Part shown: one piece after another, positions 39,775 to 49,556 of the stretch
How the letters are laid out: each line of letters opens with the position of its first letter
Position numbering within the stretch: position 1 is the stretch's first letter
NCBI GenBank assembly: GCA_964230605.1
Contig: CAXRIN010000032.1
Span: 1-49,556, forward strand
From: Flavobacteriaceae bacterium
GTDB lineage: Bacteria > Bacteroidota > Bacteroidia > Flavobacteriales_C > GCA-002722245
Length of the DNA: 49,556 bases
Direction: 5' to 3'
Position numbers and translations under genes: made by a program
The notes under the pieces: generated by a model
Databases searched by the model: none
Told to the model about the DNA's origin: nothing
What the model saw: the letters and a program-made list of their open reading frames with translations, nothing else

Positions 39775-42042
39775 TTATTTAAGTAACTGTTTCAATCTTT
39801 GTATTGCTTCTCTATTATCAGGACGATAAATTGATTTGTAAGTAACTTTTTTCTCTGATTCAGTAAGGTGCCAACTAAGGCTTAGCTGTTTTTCTTTTGT
39901 GTTATCTAAAACTAAGTCAACAACATCAATATTTCCGTCAAACCATTCACTTGTATATTGAATTAATTGGTCATGGTCATAATCCTGAGTGAGGAATAAG
40001 TTTTTATAAACTGTACCAACAGGGGCAGAAATTGATTTAATAAAACTTTTCCCTCCTTCATTCTCAATTTCTGGTCTTTTTTCAGCATCTCGGATTTGAA
40101 TAAAAACAACGCCATCTGTGTTTCTTTGAATCCATTTTCTGAAAGTGTATAGAAATTTTACTGAATTTTTCACTCCAAAATTATCCCTTAATCCAGCATC
40201 CATAACCTGAATTTCAGGTTCACTTGGAAGGTATACAATTGGCATAACATAAGGAAAAGTACTACTCATTCTTAATGCGGAAGTAAATTTCAAATCATTT
40301 GCCCCTTGATATTTAAAGAACCTTTTGAACTCAATACTTTCCAGCAAGTATTGATTCGAAATGTTTTCTTGTGGGGCAATGTATGATAAATACGATGTTG
40401 GCTGAGGTGAAATGATTAATCGTTTTCCATTATTTATAATGGTTGGATTTATAATTAACATAGGTATAGTTGATTCGAATTCTGGCTTGTAATATTCGTA
40501 TAACCTTCTGTTTAAATAATTTCTTGTATTTGCATTTAATTGATCTTCAAATGCCGAGCCTCTATCTTTTATGTATTCAAAGCCATTATCTTCAAATGTT
40601 TGAAATTTGAAAATCATATCATTAACAGTTAAAGAAAAAGCAATTTTGTTTAAAATGTCTTTAGACATGTCAATACTGTATTTCGAATCGTGAAAATCCT
40701 CAATTTCTCCAAGCTTTTCTCTGTACATTAATTCTCTTAGGTAAGATAATCCAACTAATCCTCCAGAAGAGCCTGAGATTAGTTGTGTTTGATCCAATAG
40801 TCTGCCATCAAGAAGACTGTCGCAATACTGCATAGAATAGAAAGACCAAAGAGCACTTCGCATTCCTCCTCCAGTTGTGTTAATAAAAACCATTTTCGGT
40901 TTTTTGCCATTAATGGTGTTTTTTCTTCTCCATCTTTCGAGAATTTTTAAAGTATGCAGATAATCCTTTCTATAATTCTCGGGGTTAATATTGTGATTGA
41001 GAATTTTAGTGTTAAACTCAGCCGGCTTTGTAGAGTAGTTTAATCCAATAGCTTTGTTGTGAGTTGAAAAGAATTCATACTGACTGAAATGATTGAAAAT
41101 CAAGAATACACCTAACATAACTGCAGGAGCCCATCCTCTAAACCAAGAATGAATCGCACTGGTTATCATAATGAACATTGTGAACATTAAGGTTAAACTA
41201 GCTCCAGCCGGTATAGTTAGATATTCAATGTCACTACCAAAACTCAAGCTAACTAAAGAAATAAAAACAATAATTTCAAAAAGTGCTGCATTTAAATGGT
41301 TTTGTTCAAACACCTGTTTCAGCATTTCGTGATCATAATGTTCTGTAGATCTTGCAATACCAATTTTATTAAAGTGAGACATGTAAGTTTCAACTCTCCA
41401 TTCTCGGTCTGGATTGAAAAAGTTTTCCCATTTTACTTTTTTATGTAAAACCGCTTTAATTGGATTGGCCTTTGTTTTAGAAGATGTTTGATATTTTCCT
41501 TTCGAAAGTTTCTCAAGATCTTTATTAGTCTTAACGAAATATAGGAAGTTAATCCAAATCATTAATGCTATTCCGGTAAGAAAACCTAATAGAAATATCA
41601 TTGTTTGAGTTAATTCATATTTCTCTTCGAATACAAGAAATTTATAAGCACTTATTAGATATACGATGACAAGAGTTCCGCTCCAAAAAATATTGTTAAG
41701 AGTATATTTTAAAAATGGTTTTGACAAAGTCGCTATAAAAGGAAACCGGTGTCCATTTGTTATATAGCTGGATATGTTGAAGGCCATAATAAATCCACCA
41801 AAGGAGAAGCCAACGATTAAATAGGATAAAAAGCTTACATGGCCTAAATATTCTGGAGTTAAAAAAAGAAATGGAATACCATATTTCTCAGAAACTAATC
41901 TAGTTGTCACTGCGAGAATAAGGAACCAGATAGCCGTTAAAATGGGATTGTTTTTCAGATGAACAAAAATAAGTTGGACAGGAAAGAAATAAAATATCTT
42001 TCTGAACCAAACCTTATTTGTTATTTTTTCAGCAAGTTCCAT
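39775..42042 (-). CDS. Polytopic membrane protein with a C-terminal patatin-like phospholipase domain
   Basis: Multiple N-terminal TM segments; GGGMRS oxyanion motif, GSSGG nucleophile elbow, DAG catalytic Asp. Confidence 0.8.
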   Translation of the reverse strand: MELAEKITNKVWFRKIFYFFPVQLIFVHLKNNPILTAIWFLILAVTTRLVSEKYGIPFLFLTPEYLGHVSFLSYLIVGFSFGGFIMAFNISSYITNGHRFPFIATLSKPFLKYTLNNIFWSGTLVIVYLISAYKFLVFEEKYELTQTMIFLLGFLTGIALMIWINFLYFVKTNKDLEKLSKGKYQTSSKTKANPIKAVLHKKVKWENFFNPDREWRVETYMSHFNKIGIARSTEHYDHEMLKQVFEQNHLNAALFEIIVFISLVSLSFGSDIEYLTIPAGASLTLMFTMFIMITSAIHSWFRGWAPAVMLGVFLIFNHFSQYEFFSTHNKAIGLNYSTKPAEFNTKILNHNINPENYRKDYLHTLKILERWRRKNTINGKKPKMVFINTTGGGMRSALWSFYSMQYCDSLLDGRLLDQTQLISGSSGGLVGLSYLRELMYREKLGEIEDFHDSKYSIDMSKDILNKIAFSLTVNDMIFKFQTFEDNGFEYIKDRGSAFEDQLNANTRNYLNRRLYEYYKPEFESTIPMLIINPTIINNGKRLIISPQPTSYLSYIAPQENISNQYLLESIEFKRFFKYQGANDLKFTSALRMSSTFPYVMPIVYLPSEPEIQVMDAGLRDNFGVKNSVKFLYTFRKWIQRNTDGVVFIQIRDAEKRPEIENEGGKSFIKSISAPVGTVYKNLFLTQDYDHDQLIQYTSEWFDGNIDVVDLVLDNTKEKQLSLSWHLTESEKKVTYKSIYRPDNREAIQRLKQLLK

Positions 42043-42083
42043 AGGCCAAACCTTTTTGTTTACTTGTTAATCCTAAAAAAGGT

Positions 42084-42992
42084 TTATTCTAAGAAGAACT
42101 TTTTATCTATACGTTTTATTACAATTCCATTTACATAACCAGAATAAAAAGCAACAAACTTCTCATCTTGTGATATTGCTGGCGATCCGTCGTTGTCACC
42201 AACTGAAAAAGGGTGAGTTTCAGCATTATTTAAATCTAAAACTTGAGCGCTTCCGCTATAATTCAATCCAACAAAATTTAATCGTTTTAGTCTGGAAACT
42301 GTTTTCCCTTTTATTGGAAGTTCAAACCATTCAAGTTTTTTAGTTTTAAGAGAAAGTTCATAACAACCTCCATAACATGCAAGGTATAAATCAGTTTTTT
42401 GTCGGTTTATTCCGATAATTGGATGGCTAGTTTCGGTAACAAGCTTTTTGGAGTTTTTAACTTTATCGAATAGGTATAGTTTTTTAGGATCATTTTTAAA
42501 GACTACAAAAAGTGCTGTATCATTTTTCCAATGAGCTGTCTCAACATTTTCAATTTTTGTCCCAATAGTTTTCCTTGTAGATACATTAGTGATAAAAATT
42601 TCAGCAGATTCTTCCGGGTTACCAATCGATAAAACTCTTCTGCCGTCATTACTCCATTTTGGGGATACGAATGCCGTATCGTTTTCGGTTAGGGTTACAT
42701 AAACTCTCTTTTTATCACTTAATTCATTTACATATTTTGCTACATGTAATCCACTTCGAGAAAAGTTAATAGGCAAATCAAAAAGGTTGAGATAATAAAT
42801 TTTGCTTTTGCCTTCAAAAGTAGCTTCAAAGGCAAGTTTTTTTCCAGCACGATCCCAATCAATAACTCCCATGTTATTATCATAAGTTACAATTAAGGAT
42901 TCGCCATATTGAACTTCTCTGTAGGTGTAACCACCTCCAGAGGTAAAGCTGGATAAGATAAAAGCAAATATTATTAAGTTTAATTTACGCAC
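42084..42992 (-). CDS. Exported TolB/PD40-like beta-propeller protein
   Basis: Signal-like N-terminus; SPKWSNDGRRV and SPAISQDEKFVAF repeats. Confidence 0.55.
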   Translation of the reverse strand: MRKLNLIIFAFILSSFTSGGGYTYREVQYGESLIVTYDNNMGVIDWDRAGKKLAFEATFEGKSKIYYLNLFDLPINFSRSGLHVAKYVNELSDKKRVYVTLTENDTAFVSPKWSNDGRRVLSIGNPEESAEIFITNVSTRKTIGTKIENVETAHWKNDTALFVVFKNDPKKLYLFDKVKNSKKLVTETSHPIIGINRQKTDLYLACYGGCYELSLKTKKLEWFELPIKGKTVSRLKRLNFVGLNYSGSAQVLDLNNAETHPFSVGDNDGSPAISQDEKFVAFYSGYVNGIVIKRIDKKFFLE

Positions 42993-44007
42993 TTATTATT
43001 TTAACAATTTCGTTTCTTTTTATTTTACCACTTTCAGTTCTGGGGAAACTATCCAATAAGAATTGTTCTTTAATTCCACGATATTTTTCCAAACTGGAGT
43101 TTAATTTATTCAAGTCGAAATATTGTGAATTTTCAGTAACCAAAACAACTTTTTGGCCAAGTTTTTCATCTGGTATGCCAACTATTACGAAAGGGCAGCT
43201 AATATGTTTTGAGATGTTAGTTTCAATTGTCTCGGGAATGATTTTAATTCCACCGGAATTAATTAAGTTATCACTTCTACCAAGCCAATTAAATTGATTC
43301 GGTGATTTAAGATTTATCAAATCTCTTGTTTCAATCTTCCTTCTGGTGATGTTATTTTCTAGGATAATCAATTCATTGTTGTTGTTTTTGTCAACTTTAA
43401 ATCCATCAATTACAGTAAACCAGGCTTCGTAAGGGTTTAGTTCTCTTAAAGCAAAGTGGGTTAGGGTTTCTGTCATAGCAAATGATTCATAAGCCTTTCC
43501 TTTAAAATCCTTCAGCGCTTCAATAAGTTCCTTTTCAACTTTTCCGCCTCCGATTAACAATTTAGAAATCAAATTCAATTTCTCTGATTGAATTAAACTC
43601 TTGACTTGCATTGGTATTAGGGGAACAAAATCTAATTGAGAAGTAATAAATTCACTTGGGTCGCTAGATGGGGGAGAGAGGAATAGGTTAAGTTGTCCTA
43701 CTATGGCTCTAACCATCATCATTTTTCCTGCAATAAAATTGCAACTTAAATTAAGCAGAACTTTATCGCCTTTCTTAAGATTAAAGAATTTTATAGTGGC
43801 CTTAGCACTTAAAATCATTTGCTCTTTAGATACATTAAAAGATTTTCTGTTCCCAGTTGTTCCACTTGAAAAAACTTCAAGAGTGTTTAAGGTGTTATAA
43901 TCTTTTAAAAATGATAAAAATGAATTGGTCCAGTCATTCGATGACTCTTCAAGTTTTTTAATACTTTCTTCAATTGATATTTTCGAAAAGTCGAGATTGA
44001 TTACCAT
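42985..44007 (-). CDS. Short AMP-binding acyl-CoA ligase (MenE-like, O-succinylbenzoate-CoA ligase family)
   Basis: SSGTTGNRK, ESFAMTETLTH, ETRD, GRSDNLINSGGIK, PRTESGKIKR. Confidence 0.82.
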   Translation of the reverse strand: MVINLDFSKISIEESIKKLEESSNDWTNSFLSFLKDYNTLNTLEVFSSGTTGNRKSFNVSKEQMILSAKATIKFFNLKKGDKVLLNLSCNFIAGKMMMVRAIVGQLNLFLSPPSSDPSEFITSQLDFVPLIPMQVKSLIQSEKLNLISKLLIGGGKVEKELIEALKDFKGKAYESFAMTETLTHFALRELNPYEAWFTVIDGFKVDKNNNNELIILENNITRRKIETRDLINLKSPNQFNWLGRSDNLINSGGIKIIPETIETNISKHISCPFVIVGIPDEKLGQKVVLVTENSQYFDLNKLNSSLEKYRGIKEQFLLDSFPRTESGKIKRNEIVKIISA

Positions 44008-44086
44008 GAATAACTAATTTACAACGAGTTCTTGCTTAAGAAAAGTTAAAGGATCAATAACTTTCCGATTGCTAACATTTATGATA

Positions 44087-44094
44087 TAATTTTG
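44087..44094 (+). promoter_or_regulatory. -7 promoter box immediately before the MMPL gene
   Basis: TAATTTTG(CA) matches TAnnTTTG. Confidence 0.55.
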
Positions 44095-44098
44095 CACG

Positions 44099-46375
44099 AT
44101 GCAAAAAATGGCTCGTTTAGTATTGATTTTTCTGTCTGTCGCGACGATAGTATTGGCCTTTTTTGCTTCAAAGTTGGAAATGGATTATGATTATGAGAAG
44201 TATTTTCCAAAGGACGATGAGGTTAGATTGCATTATGAAGGATTCCGAAAAAAATATGGGGAGGACAGTGATTTTTTGCTGATAGCGTTAGAAAATAAGC
44301 AAGGGATTTTTCAAAAGGATTTTTTACAAAAAGTTAAACGATTTGGTGATGAATTATTGAAAGATACCTTAATAGAGTTTATTGCATCACCAGTACATAA
44401 TTGCGGATACTATAAAAAAAGTGGGTTAAGTGGCGTTGTGTTTAAGCCTTATTTGGATTTAGATGCAAAAATAATTTCAGAGGCTGATAGTTTAAGAATT
44501 TATGGAAATAAACAACTTGTTGGAAGTGTTTTATCTTCAAATGGTAAGTCTATTTGTCTCTTTTTAAATACACAGTCTCAATTAAACAAAAAAGAAGCTC
44601 TTCATTTAATAAGTTTTGTCAAATCAAAAAAAGCTGAGTTCGGTTTTGACAAGTTCATTTTCTCAGGTAGAGTTTTAGCACAAACATATTTTGTTGAGAA
44701 AATGATAACCGAATTGGCTGTTTTTATAACCTCTTCAATAATTCTTCTTGTATTCTTTTTGTATATCTCATTTCGCAGTTGGTGGGGGATTTTAATCCCA
44801 TTACTTATAATAATTGTTTCAATAATTTGGTCTGTAGGGATTATGTATTTAACCGGTAAATCTTTTGATTTACTTATGGTTATGTTGCCAACAATCATTT
44901 TTGTTGTAGGTATGTCTGATTTGGTTCATTTACTTGCTAAATATTTAGATGAATTAAGAACAGGAAAAGACCGTTTTGAAGCGCTGAAAATAGCTTTTAA
45001 AGAAGTTAGAAAAGCAACGTTTTTAACTTCTTTAACCACTGCAATTGGATTTTTCACTCTAATGTTTGCTAATATTTTGCCTATTAGAGAATTCGGACTT
45101 TATGCAGGGATAAGTGTTTTTGTAGCATATTTTTTAGCTTTTACATTCCTGCCAAGTGTACTTGTATTGGTAAAACCGCCAAGAAGTTTAATTGAAACTC
45201 CTGACAAGAATTTTTGGGACAAGTATTTACGCAAATGGTTTTTAGCTGTTTTAAAAGAGAGGTATAAAATAATTGCCATAATGGTAGTTCTAGGTGGTGT
45301 TGGAGTTTATACAGCATCTGAATTAAAGATTAATAATTTCATACTCGAGGATCTCTCAAATGACGACCCAATAAAAAAGGATGTGCTCTATTTTGAAGAG
45401 AACTATTCTGGGCTTCGACCTTTTGAGGCTGAAATTCGAACAAATACACCTGAAGGGATTTGGAGTTATGAATTCTTAACTGAGCTAAATAAGTTGGAAA
45501 ATTATTTAGATACCGGGTATACCCAAAATGGAGTAGGGTTTATGATGTCGCCTCTATCGGTTATTAAGGAGGCGAACTTTATAAAGTATGGCTCTAAACC
45601 TGAGGACAGAATTCTTCCTAATTCTGAAAGACGATTTAAGTCCTTACTTCGACAAATGGAGCGATTACAGGCTAATTCTAAAATCGTTGATTTAAGCGAA
45701 AAATTCAATCTTGTTGCTAAAGATGAGAAGAGTTGTCGCCTTGCTGGTAAAATCCATGATGTTGGAGGTTTGCAAATCAAAGCTGAAAATCAAAAGTTAG
45801 AACAATTTTTAGAGGAAAATATTAATCCAGACATTCTATCATTAAAACTTACAGGTACTGCTGTTTTAATTGATAAAAATAATGGAACCCTTGCCAAGAA
45901 TCTGACTTTGGGTTTGATCTTGGCTTTTGGAATAATTGCTCTTTTTGTAGGTTTTATGTTTAAGTCATTCAAAATTGCTTTGCTTTCTTTAATTCCAAAC
46001 ATACTTCCTTTGCTTCTTGTGACCACGGTAATGTGGTTAGGTGAGATTGATCTCAAAATTAGTACTAGTTTAATATTCACCCTTGCGTTCGGTATTGCTG
46101 TGGACGATACAATTCATTTATTGTCAAAATATAAACTTGAACGAAAAAAAGGGGTATCACATCTTTATGCCTTAAAAAGAAGCTATCTTTCTACAGGAAA
46201 GGCTATCATAGTTACGTCTTTAATTCTTGTTGGAGGTTTTTTAACACTTCTCTTTAGCTCGTTTACTAGTACCTTCTATATGGGACTATTAGTGAGTGTT
46301 ACTTTGGTAATAGCGGTTGTTTTGGATTTAGTTATTCTTCCTGTGATTTTACTTTTTGATAAAGGAAGGGGATAG
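44099..46375 (+). CDS. MMPL/RND-family transporter
   Basis: Two repeats of 1+5 TM; GMSDLVH and GIAVDDTIH; TSLTTAIGF. Confidence 0.9.
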   Translation: MQKMARLVLIFLSVATIVLAFFASKLEMDYDYEKYFPKDDEVRLHYEGFRKKYGEDSDFLLIALENKQGIFQKDFLQKVKRFGDELLKDTLIEFIASPVHNCGYYKKSGLSGVVFKPYLDLDAKIISEADSLRIYGNKQLVGSVLSSNGKSICLFLNTQSQLNKKEALHLISFVKSKKAEFGFDKFIFSGRVLAQTYFVEKMITELAVFITSSIILLVFFLYISFRSWWGILIPLLIIIVSIIWSVGIMYLTGKSFDLLMVMLPTIIFVVGMSDLVHLLAKYLDELRTGKDRFEALKIAFKEVRKATFLTSLTTAIGFFTLMFANILPIREFGLYAGISVFVAYFLAFTFLPSVLVLVKPPRSLIETPDKNFWDKYLRKWFLAVLKERYKIIAIMVVLGGVGVYTASELKINNFILEDLSNDDPIKKDVLYFEENYSGLRPFEAEIRTNTPEGIWSYEFLTELNKLENYLDTGYTQNGVGFMMSPLSVIKEANFIKYGSKPEDRILPNSERRFKSLLRQMERLQANSKIVDLSEKFNLVAKDEKSCRLAGKIHDVGGLQIKAENQKLEQFLEENINPDILSLKLTGTAVLIDKNNGTLAKNLTLGLILAFGIIALFVGFMFKSFKIALLSLIPNILPLLLVTTVMWLGEIDLKISTSLIFTLAFGIAVDDTIHLLSKYKLERKKGVSHLYALKRSYLSTGKAIIVTSLILVGGFLTLLFSSFTSTFYMGLLVSVTLVIAVVLDLVILPVILLFDKGRG

Positions 46376-46377
46376 TG

Positions 46378-47169
46378 CTAATTCAATATCAAATTTTCAA
46401 GAAATTGTAAATGATTATTTTTAGTATGTTCTATTTCAGAAGGGGAATCTTCTGAGATTTCAAATGAAATAGTATTCATAAAGGATGAAACACTTGAGGT
46501 AAATGCTTTGGTTTTTTCTAAAATTTCATCCAGGCTTTCAAATATTTTTGGTGCGTTGTGTTTGTAAATTGGTTTGTTGATATTAGAAGCAGGGTTAAGG
46601 TAAACACTCCAGTTTTTTTGTAAAGCAATCTGATTTTTTAGCCCTTGAATTAAAGGGCTGCTTTCTCCAACATTGTAAAAACGCCTAATTTTTTTTTCAG
46701 ATTCAACTTCAAACATAATGAAGCCTTTGTTATGGTTATCTATTTCATTAGGTTTTATAAAAAAGAACAAAGGCGTTTCGTGATTTTTGATTGCGCTAAA
46801 TTGTTTGTTGAGTTTTTTTACAAATAAAATAACGGTGTTTTTATTGATATTGTAATGTTCGCTTATTTCAACGTAGGTCCTTTTAACATTAAAAAAATAG
46901 ATGTCAAAAATTATTTTAAATGCTTTATTTAAAGGAAATTTTACTCCATGAAAAATTGTGTTCTGTGTTGGTGTGTTGATTTTTCTACATTTCCTACAAA
47001 CTCTACTAAATGGTTGAGTTCCATTCCAAAATTTGTTATGCCCACATCCCTTTTTGGAGTATTTAAATCCAGAGCCCCATTTAATATTCACTAGATAGGT
47101 ATAACAATCCGAATCTGTCTTGAACTTCTCAACGAAGTCTTTGATACTGGATATGTTAGGATGGTTCAA
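46378..47169 (-). CDS. IS1595-transposase-derived protein (zinc ribbon/HTH retained, catalytic domain eroded)
   Basis: F.EKFKTDSDCYTYLVNIKW..GFK....CGH...CRKC....PTQNTIFHGVKFPL.KAF.IIF resembles the Bacteroidota IS1595 N-terminus; TTG start. Confidence 0.7.
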   Translation of the reverse strand: MNHPNISSIKDFVEKFKTDSDCYTYLVNIKWGSGFKYSKKGCGHNKFWNGTQPFSRVCRKCRKINTPTQNTIFHGVKFPLNKAFKIIFDIYFFNVKRTYVEISEHYNINKNTVILFVKKLNKQFSAIKNHETPLFFFIKPNEIDNHNKGFIMFEVESEKKIRRFYNVGESSPLIQGLKNQIALQKNWSVYLNPASNINKPIYKHNAPKIFESLDEILEKTKAFTSSVSSFMNTISFEISEDSPSEIEHTKNNHLQFLENLILN

Positions 47170-47368
47170 TTTCTAATTGCTTTCTGAGAACAATTTTTAT
47201 GTACGTAATAAATAAAGTTTTGTTATATTAAAATAGTACAAGTAGTAAATTAAATATCATCTATTCAATTTTTGTCATTCCATAATTCTTATAATGTTCA
47301 TTAAAGGTGTAAAGCAATTCAAAAGAGCAATATTGTAGTTATATTAAAATAGGTTTTTAAAAAAGTAG

Positions 47369-47376
47369 TAAATTTG
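47369..47376 (+). promoter_or_regulatory. -7 promoter box
   Basis: TAAATTTG(CC), 23 nt upstream of ATG 47400. Confidence 0.6.
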
Positions 47377-47399
47377 CCGCCTATCTTTAATTAATTAAC

Positions 47400-49418
47400 A
47401 TGGGGGTGTTTATTAAAAAAGAGGTGGCGAGTAGTTCATCTCAAAAAAAATCATCAAACAAAACTGTTCTTCAATTTTTATTAATTGCATTTTTAAGCTT
47501 TTGTCAGGAAACTATTTCCCAACAAGACTTAAAATGGTTTTTTGGCTACCAAGGTATCGGTTTGACTTTTGATAAAAATGGTGGTGCTCCAACTGTTCAA
47601 CAGGGGGAGACGCCTCTTGAAATTTATGAATCAATTTCATCTGTTTCTGATTGTGAGGGGAATCTTCTTTTTTACACTGATGGTGTGAAGGTGATGGATG
47701 CTGGACATCAGGTGATGACTAATGGTAGTGGTTTAAATGGACCTAATGAAACAGGTAATACAACTTCTGGTTCCTCTCCTAATGGAGTTATCATTGTAAG
47801 TGATCCAGGTGATACTTCTCGCTACTATATTTTTACAATTGGAGAAACTATTAGCGGAGGTGCTAATGGATGGAATTATCATATTGTTGATATGGCTTTG
47901 CCAGGGAATGGGACAATATCTAACCCAAGAGGGGAGGTTGTATCAAAAAATCAAGTTATCACTGGTACTGGAGCTACATCTGAATTTATGGCTGCAACTG
48001 GAAATGAATGTGGTGATTCAATATGGGTTGTAGCACATTCTCAAACAGGTTCTGATTTTTGGGCAGTTCCGCTTACTATGACAGGTGGATTAGGTTCGGT
48101 AGTAACATCCAATTCTGGAATTGGTTTAGCAGGTACAGATGAATCAAGAGGTTCTGGAGATTTTAGTCCTAGCGGAACTAAGTTAGCTGTTGGTTTTATG
48201 ATGAGTGGAGGTGCTCATGTATTTGATTTTGATTTTTCATCAGGTTCTATATCTAATAATATTACCGTTAACGGAGGTGGGCATTATGGTTGTGAATTTT
48301 CTTTCGACGGAGATAAGGTGTATTTCACCAATTTTACTGGGGGGACCTTATATCAGTACAATTTGTTAAACTCAACTTTAACTTCACTTGCTGCTAGTCC
48401 TGGAGCAGTACTAGGGGATTTAGAAAGAGCTCCAGATGGTAAGATTTACATAGGTAGGTGGAATTCCAATAGTGTGCTTTCAGTTTTGGATACGCCTGAT
48501 GGGGTAGATGTGGCATCTGCAGGTTTTGTAGAAAATGGTTTAAATGTAGGTGGTTTAGTTAATCCTGGTTTACCACAAATGTTTTTAAGAGATGGAAAAG
48601 ATTTGAAAAAGGCGAAAATTGGAGTTCCTTTTAATCTTACTCAGGTCTGTGATAAAGGAGGTTCTCTGAATTTAAACGCCACTCCTGCATGTGGTGATTG
48701 GACTAGCGATGGAGTTTATGTAGATAATAACGGTGTGTTCGATCCTTCTGGTCTTGTTACTCCAGGGAGTTATAACGTTTATTACTCTGTTGGGAATTGT
48801 ATAATTCCTGATACCGTAACTTTTCTAGTTGAGGATTGCTGTCCTCCTTTACAGGTAAGAGACTCTGTTCTTTGTGAAGGTTCTGATGCTTTTCATGTTG
48901 GAATGTTGCTTGATACTGGGATCGGGACATGGGTAATGACTTCAGTTCCTACCGGTACTGGTTCGCCGGCCATTTTTGTTGATTCTATTTTTGATGCTTC
49001 TAATTATGTTAAGAATTCAACTTATGTAACAGATGGGAGTTATGAACTTACATACACTTATTGGAATGCTCCTTTGTCGGAATGTCCTGATTCTGCTGTT
49101 TCTATAATTGTTGTAGATAGTTTTCCTCGAGATATCTTTCTAGGTGCTAATTCGAGCTTAATTCAAGAATGCGGTATAGAGTATACTTTTACGGCTAAAG
49201 GTGGATTGGAATATAATTGGGCTGCCCCAATTTCTCAAACTACTAATCCGCAGACAGTTACTTCCGACGGAACTTATTTATTAACTGTTAATTCGCCAGG
49301 AGAGAACTGTTATTCAACAGACTCCATAGAAATTGAGTTTGATCAATATCCAGCTGCGGGAATTGATGTTAGGGATACAATTGTTTGTGGCGCTGGAGAA
49401 ATAAAAATAGGTGTTAAT
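47400..49418 (+). pseudogene. Large secreted beta-propeller/Ig-like protein (T9SS cargo type), interrupted by an IS
   Basis: WFFG..GLTF, SVSDCEGNLLFYTDG, APDGKIY..GLPQ propeller, then Cys-containing Ig-like repeats. The ORF runs into IS sequence at 49419 and stops at 49445 without a C-terminal sorting domain. Confidence 0.72.
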
Positions 49419-49556
49419 GGGTCAAGCACAAAAGTTGGGGATTAGGCATAAATATTTGTTAATCTGAATAAAAAGTATTCCTTGTTTTTTACACCTCTAA
49501 ACTGAGCTCTAAAAGCTTTAATTTTAGCATTAAATGATTCTGCTGATGCATTAGTG
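49419..49556 (-). mobile_element. Right end of an ISL3-family (ISAon1-like) insertion sequence
   Basis: Terminal sequence GGGTCAAGCACAAAAGTTGGGGA directly abuts the transposase stop codon. Confidence 0.8.
49442..49555 (-). CDS. ISL3/ISAon1-family transposase, C-terminal fragment (partial)
   Basis: Manual translation TNASAESFNAKIKAFRAQFRGVKNKEYFLFRLTNIYA* shows the ISL3 TNA..E..N.KIK..R...RG signature. Confidence 0.88.
   Translation of the reverse strand, partial: TNASAESFNAKIKAFRAQFRGVKNKEYFLFRLTNIYA

Noticed and set aside
39775-42042. Patatin as a CBASS or other anti-phage effector
   Set aside because: No cyclase or other defence genes nearby, and the architecture differs from CapV.

Overview
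AT-rich Bacteroidota (Flavobacteriales-like) chromosomal segment, probably a whole contig broken at two insertion sequences that the ORF track misses: an IS4/DUF4372-type element at the left edge and an ISL3/ISAon1-type element at the right edge. The + strand (0.2-34 kb) is mostly housekeeping: USP-like gene, tatA, Ca/Na antiporter, glutamine synthetase III, PorE-like OmpA protein, purM-prfA-pyrF, DUF2851-pspC-K+ channel-RmlD-like-AGCS symporter-comEA-apt-acyl-CoA dehydrogenase, rpsU-xerC-hpf, tRNA Thr/Tyr/Gly/Thr-tuf-tRNA Trp-secE-nusG-rplKAJL-rpoBC-DUF3467, and a THUMP methyltransferase. The - strand carries a tightly packed seven-gene unit: MenE-like ligase, beta-propeller protein, polytopic patatin, and a four-protein phosphorelay headed by a YfiR-domain/long coiled-coil kinase. 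It is followed by an MMPL transporter, an intact but catalytically eroded IS1595-derived ORF, and an IS-interrupted T9SS-type cargo gene. The most notable observations are a recurring intergenic inverted heptamer-repeat element, the phosphorelay architecture, the possibly domesticated transposase, and substitutions at antibiotic-target residues in RpoB (H526N equivalent) and EF-Tu (R230S equivalent). All family assignments come from motif recognition by eye; no database searches were run.
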